Shown in pieces: positions 60,501-64,000 of a stretch of DNA of 64,000 nt; the stretch's first letter is position 1, and each line of letters opens with the position of its first letter. Below the pieces are notes generated by a model, which had not been told where the DNA came from, ran no database searches, and was given only the letters and a program-made list of their open reading frames with translations. Source of the DNA: Squalus acanthias (taxonomy: Eukaryota); NCBI GenBank assembly GCA_030390025.1, contig JASTWF010000035.1, forward strand, positions 3,968,001 to 4,032,000, given 5' to 3'. A program made the position numbers and the translations under genes.

Positions 60501-63500
60501 CTAAACACACACAGATAACACACTCGCTCACTAAACACACACACACAGATAACACACTCGCTCACTAAACACACAAAGATAACACACTCGCTCACTAAAC
60601 ACACACAGATAACACACTCGCTCACTAAACACACAGATAACACACTCGCTCACTAACCACACCCACACAGATAACACACTCGCTCACTAAACACACAAAG
60701 ATAACACACTCGCTCACTAAACACACACAGATAACACACTCGCTCACTAAACACACAGATAACACACTCGCTCACTAAACACACACACAGATAACACACT
60801 CGCTCACTGAACACACACACACACAGATAACACACTCGTTCACTAAACACACACACACAGATAACACACTCGCTCACTAAACACACACACACACACAGAT
60901 AACACACTCGTTCACTAAACACACACACAGATAACACACTCGCTCACTAAACACACACACACACACAGATAACACACTCGCTCACTAAACACACACACAC
61001 ACACAGATAACACACTCGCTCACTAAACACACACACACACAGATAACACACTCGCTGACTGAACACACACACACACACAGATAACACACTCGCTGACTGA
61101 ACACACACACACACAGATAACACACTCGCTCACTAAACACACACACACAGATAACACACTCGCTCACTAAACACACACACACACACAGATAACACACTCG
61201 CTCACTAAACACACACACACACACAGATAACACACTCGCTGACTGAACACACACACACACACAGATAACACACTCGCTCACTAAACACACACACACAGAT
61301 AACACACTCGCTCACTAAACACACACACACACAGATAACACACTCGCTCACTAAACACACACACACACACAGATAACACACTCGCTGACTAAACACACAC
61401 ACACAGATAACACACTCGCTCACTAAACACACACACACACACAGATAACACACTCGCTCACTGAACACACACACACACACACAGATAACACACTCGCTCA
61501 CTACACACACACACAGATAACACACTCGCTCACTGAACACACACACACACACAGATAACACACTTGCTCACTAAACACACACACACACACACAGATAACA
61601 CACTCGCTCACTACACACACACACAGATAACACACTCGCTCACTGAACACACACACAGATAACTCACTCGTTCACTAAACACACACTCAGATAACACACT
61701 CGCTCACTGAACACACACACACACACAGATAACACACTCGCTCACTAAACACACACACACACACAGATAACACACTCGCTCACTAAACACACACACACAC
61801 ACAGATAACACACTCGCTCACTAAACACACACACACACACAGATAACACACTCGCTCACTAAACACACACACACACACAGATAACACACTCGCTCACTAA
61901 ACACACACACACACACAGATAACACACTCGCTCACTAAACACACACACACACACAGATAACACACTCGCTCACTAAACACACACACACACACAGATAACA
62001 CACTCGCTCACTAAACACACACACACACACAGATAACACACTCGCTCACTAAACACACACACACACACAGATAACACACTCGCTGACTGAACACACACAC
62101 ACACACAGATAACACACTCGCTCACTGAACACACACACACACACAGATAACACACTCGCTCACTAAACACACACACACAGATAACACACTTGCTCACTAA
62201 ACACACACACACACACAGATAACACACTCGCTCACTAAACACACACACACAGATAACACACTCGCTCACTAAACACACACACACACACAGATAACACACT
62301 CGCTCACTAAACACACACACACAGATAACACACTTGCTCACTAAACACACACACACAAAGATAACACACTCGCTCACTAAACACACACACACACACAGAT
62401 AACACACTCGCTCATAAACACACACAGATAACACACTCGCTCACTAAACACACACAGATAAAACACTCGTTCACTAAACACACACACAGTTAACACACAC
62501 GCTCAGTAAACACACACAGATAACACACTCGTTCACTAAACACACACACAGTTAACTCACACGCTCACTAAACACACACACACACAGATAACACACTCGC
62601 TCACTAAACACACACACACACACACAGATAACACACTCGCTCACTGAACACGCACACACACAGATAACACACTCGCTCACTAAACACACACACACAGATA
62701 ACACACTCGCTCACTAAACACACACACACACAGATAACACACTCGCTCACTAAACACACACACACACACAGATAACACACTCGCTCACTAAACACACACA
62801 CACACAGATAACACACTCGCTCACTAAACACACACACACACAGATAACACACTCGCTCACTAAACACACACACACACACACAGATAACACACTCGCTCAC
62901 TGAACACGCACACACACAGATAACACACTCGCTCACTAAACACACACACACAGATAACACACTCGCTCACTAAACACACACACACACAGATAACACACTC
63001 GCTCACTAAACACACACACACACACAGATAACACACTCGCTCACTGAACACACACACACACACAGATAACACACTCGCTCACTACACACACACTCAGATA
63101 ACACACTCGCTCACTAAACACACACACACACAGATAACACACTCGCTCACTAAACACACACACACAGATAACACACTCGCTCACTGAACACACACACACA
63201 CAGATAACACACTCGCTCACTAAACACACACACACACAGATAACACACTCGCTCACTAAACACACACACACAGATAACACACTCGCTGACTGAACACACA
63301 CACACACACAGATAACACACTCGCTGACTGAACACACACACACACACAGATAACACACTCGCTCACTGAACACACACACACACACAGATAACACACTCGC
63401 TCACTAAACACACACACACACACAGATAACACACTCGCTCACTAAACACACACACACACACAGATAACACACTCGCTCACTGAACACACACACACACAGA

Positions 63501-64000
63501 TAACACACTTGCTCACTAAACACACACACAAAGATAACACACTCGCTCACTAAACACACACACACACACAGATAACACACTCGCTCACTAAACACACACA
63601 GATAACACACTGGCTCACTAAACACACACAGATAACACACTCGTTCACTAAACACACACACAGTTAACACACACGCTCACTAAACACACACAGATAACAC
63701 ACTCGTTCACTAAACACACACACAGTTAACACACACGCTCACTAAACACACACAGATAACACACTCGCTCACTAAACACACACACACATAACACACTCGC
63801 TCACTAAACACACACACAGATAACACACTCGCTCACTAAACACACACACACACACAACACACTCGCTCACTAAACACACACACAGATAACACACTCGCTC
63901 ACTAAACACACACACAGATAACACACTCGCTCACTAAACACACACACAGATAACACACACGCTCACTAAACACACACACAGATAACACACACGCTCACTA
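54509..64000. repeat. Compound satellite: GATAACACACTCGCTCACTAAA + (CA)n, unit about 29-43 bp, over 9.4 kb, runs off window
   Basis: Continuous tandem array. Confidence 0.99.

Noticed and set aside
54888..63670. Many Cys/Val-rich ORFs
   Set aside because: Translations of the (TG)n-rich satellite.
54509..64000. CRISPR-like constant repeat with variable spacer; CTCGCTCACTGA resembling an AAV Rep-binding element
   Set aside because: Spacers are only (CA)n length variants in a vertebrate context; there are no cas or parvoviral genes or ITR hairpin, so the short match is coincidental.

Overview
Vertebrate, very probably cartilaginous-fish (shark-type) genomic DNA; this is inferred from an HE1/V-SINE and the CR1 and Penelope families present. 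The window is almost entirely repeats. It holds about 20 nested CR1 LINE copies or fragments from several subfamilies (one intact 955-aa ORF2, one full-length but disrupted element) and a second LINE family with a tRNA-like head. Penelope-like retroelements occur in tail-out inverted pairs and carry six minimal hammerhead ribozymes. There is a 4.1-kb PIF/Harbinger transposon (intact transposase plus a spliced but damaged Myb/SANT gene), three Harbinger-type MITEs, several G-rich minisatellites, a 200-N gap and a 9.5-kb (CA)-rich satellite. Two small minus-strand exons in unique sequence (a signal-peptide exon at 30100-30157 and a 66-nt phase-1 exon at 4572-4637) suggest that much of the window is an intron of a secreted or cell-surface protein gene. 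Highlights: the same young CR1 inserted twice at the identical nucleotide of the endonuclease region of two different antisense CR1 hosts; an ORF1-less, ATG-less LINE directly behind a Pol III-type head; and MITE hairpins with compensatory changes. All alignments and coordinates were read by eye; boundaries of decayed elements are approximate.
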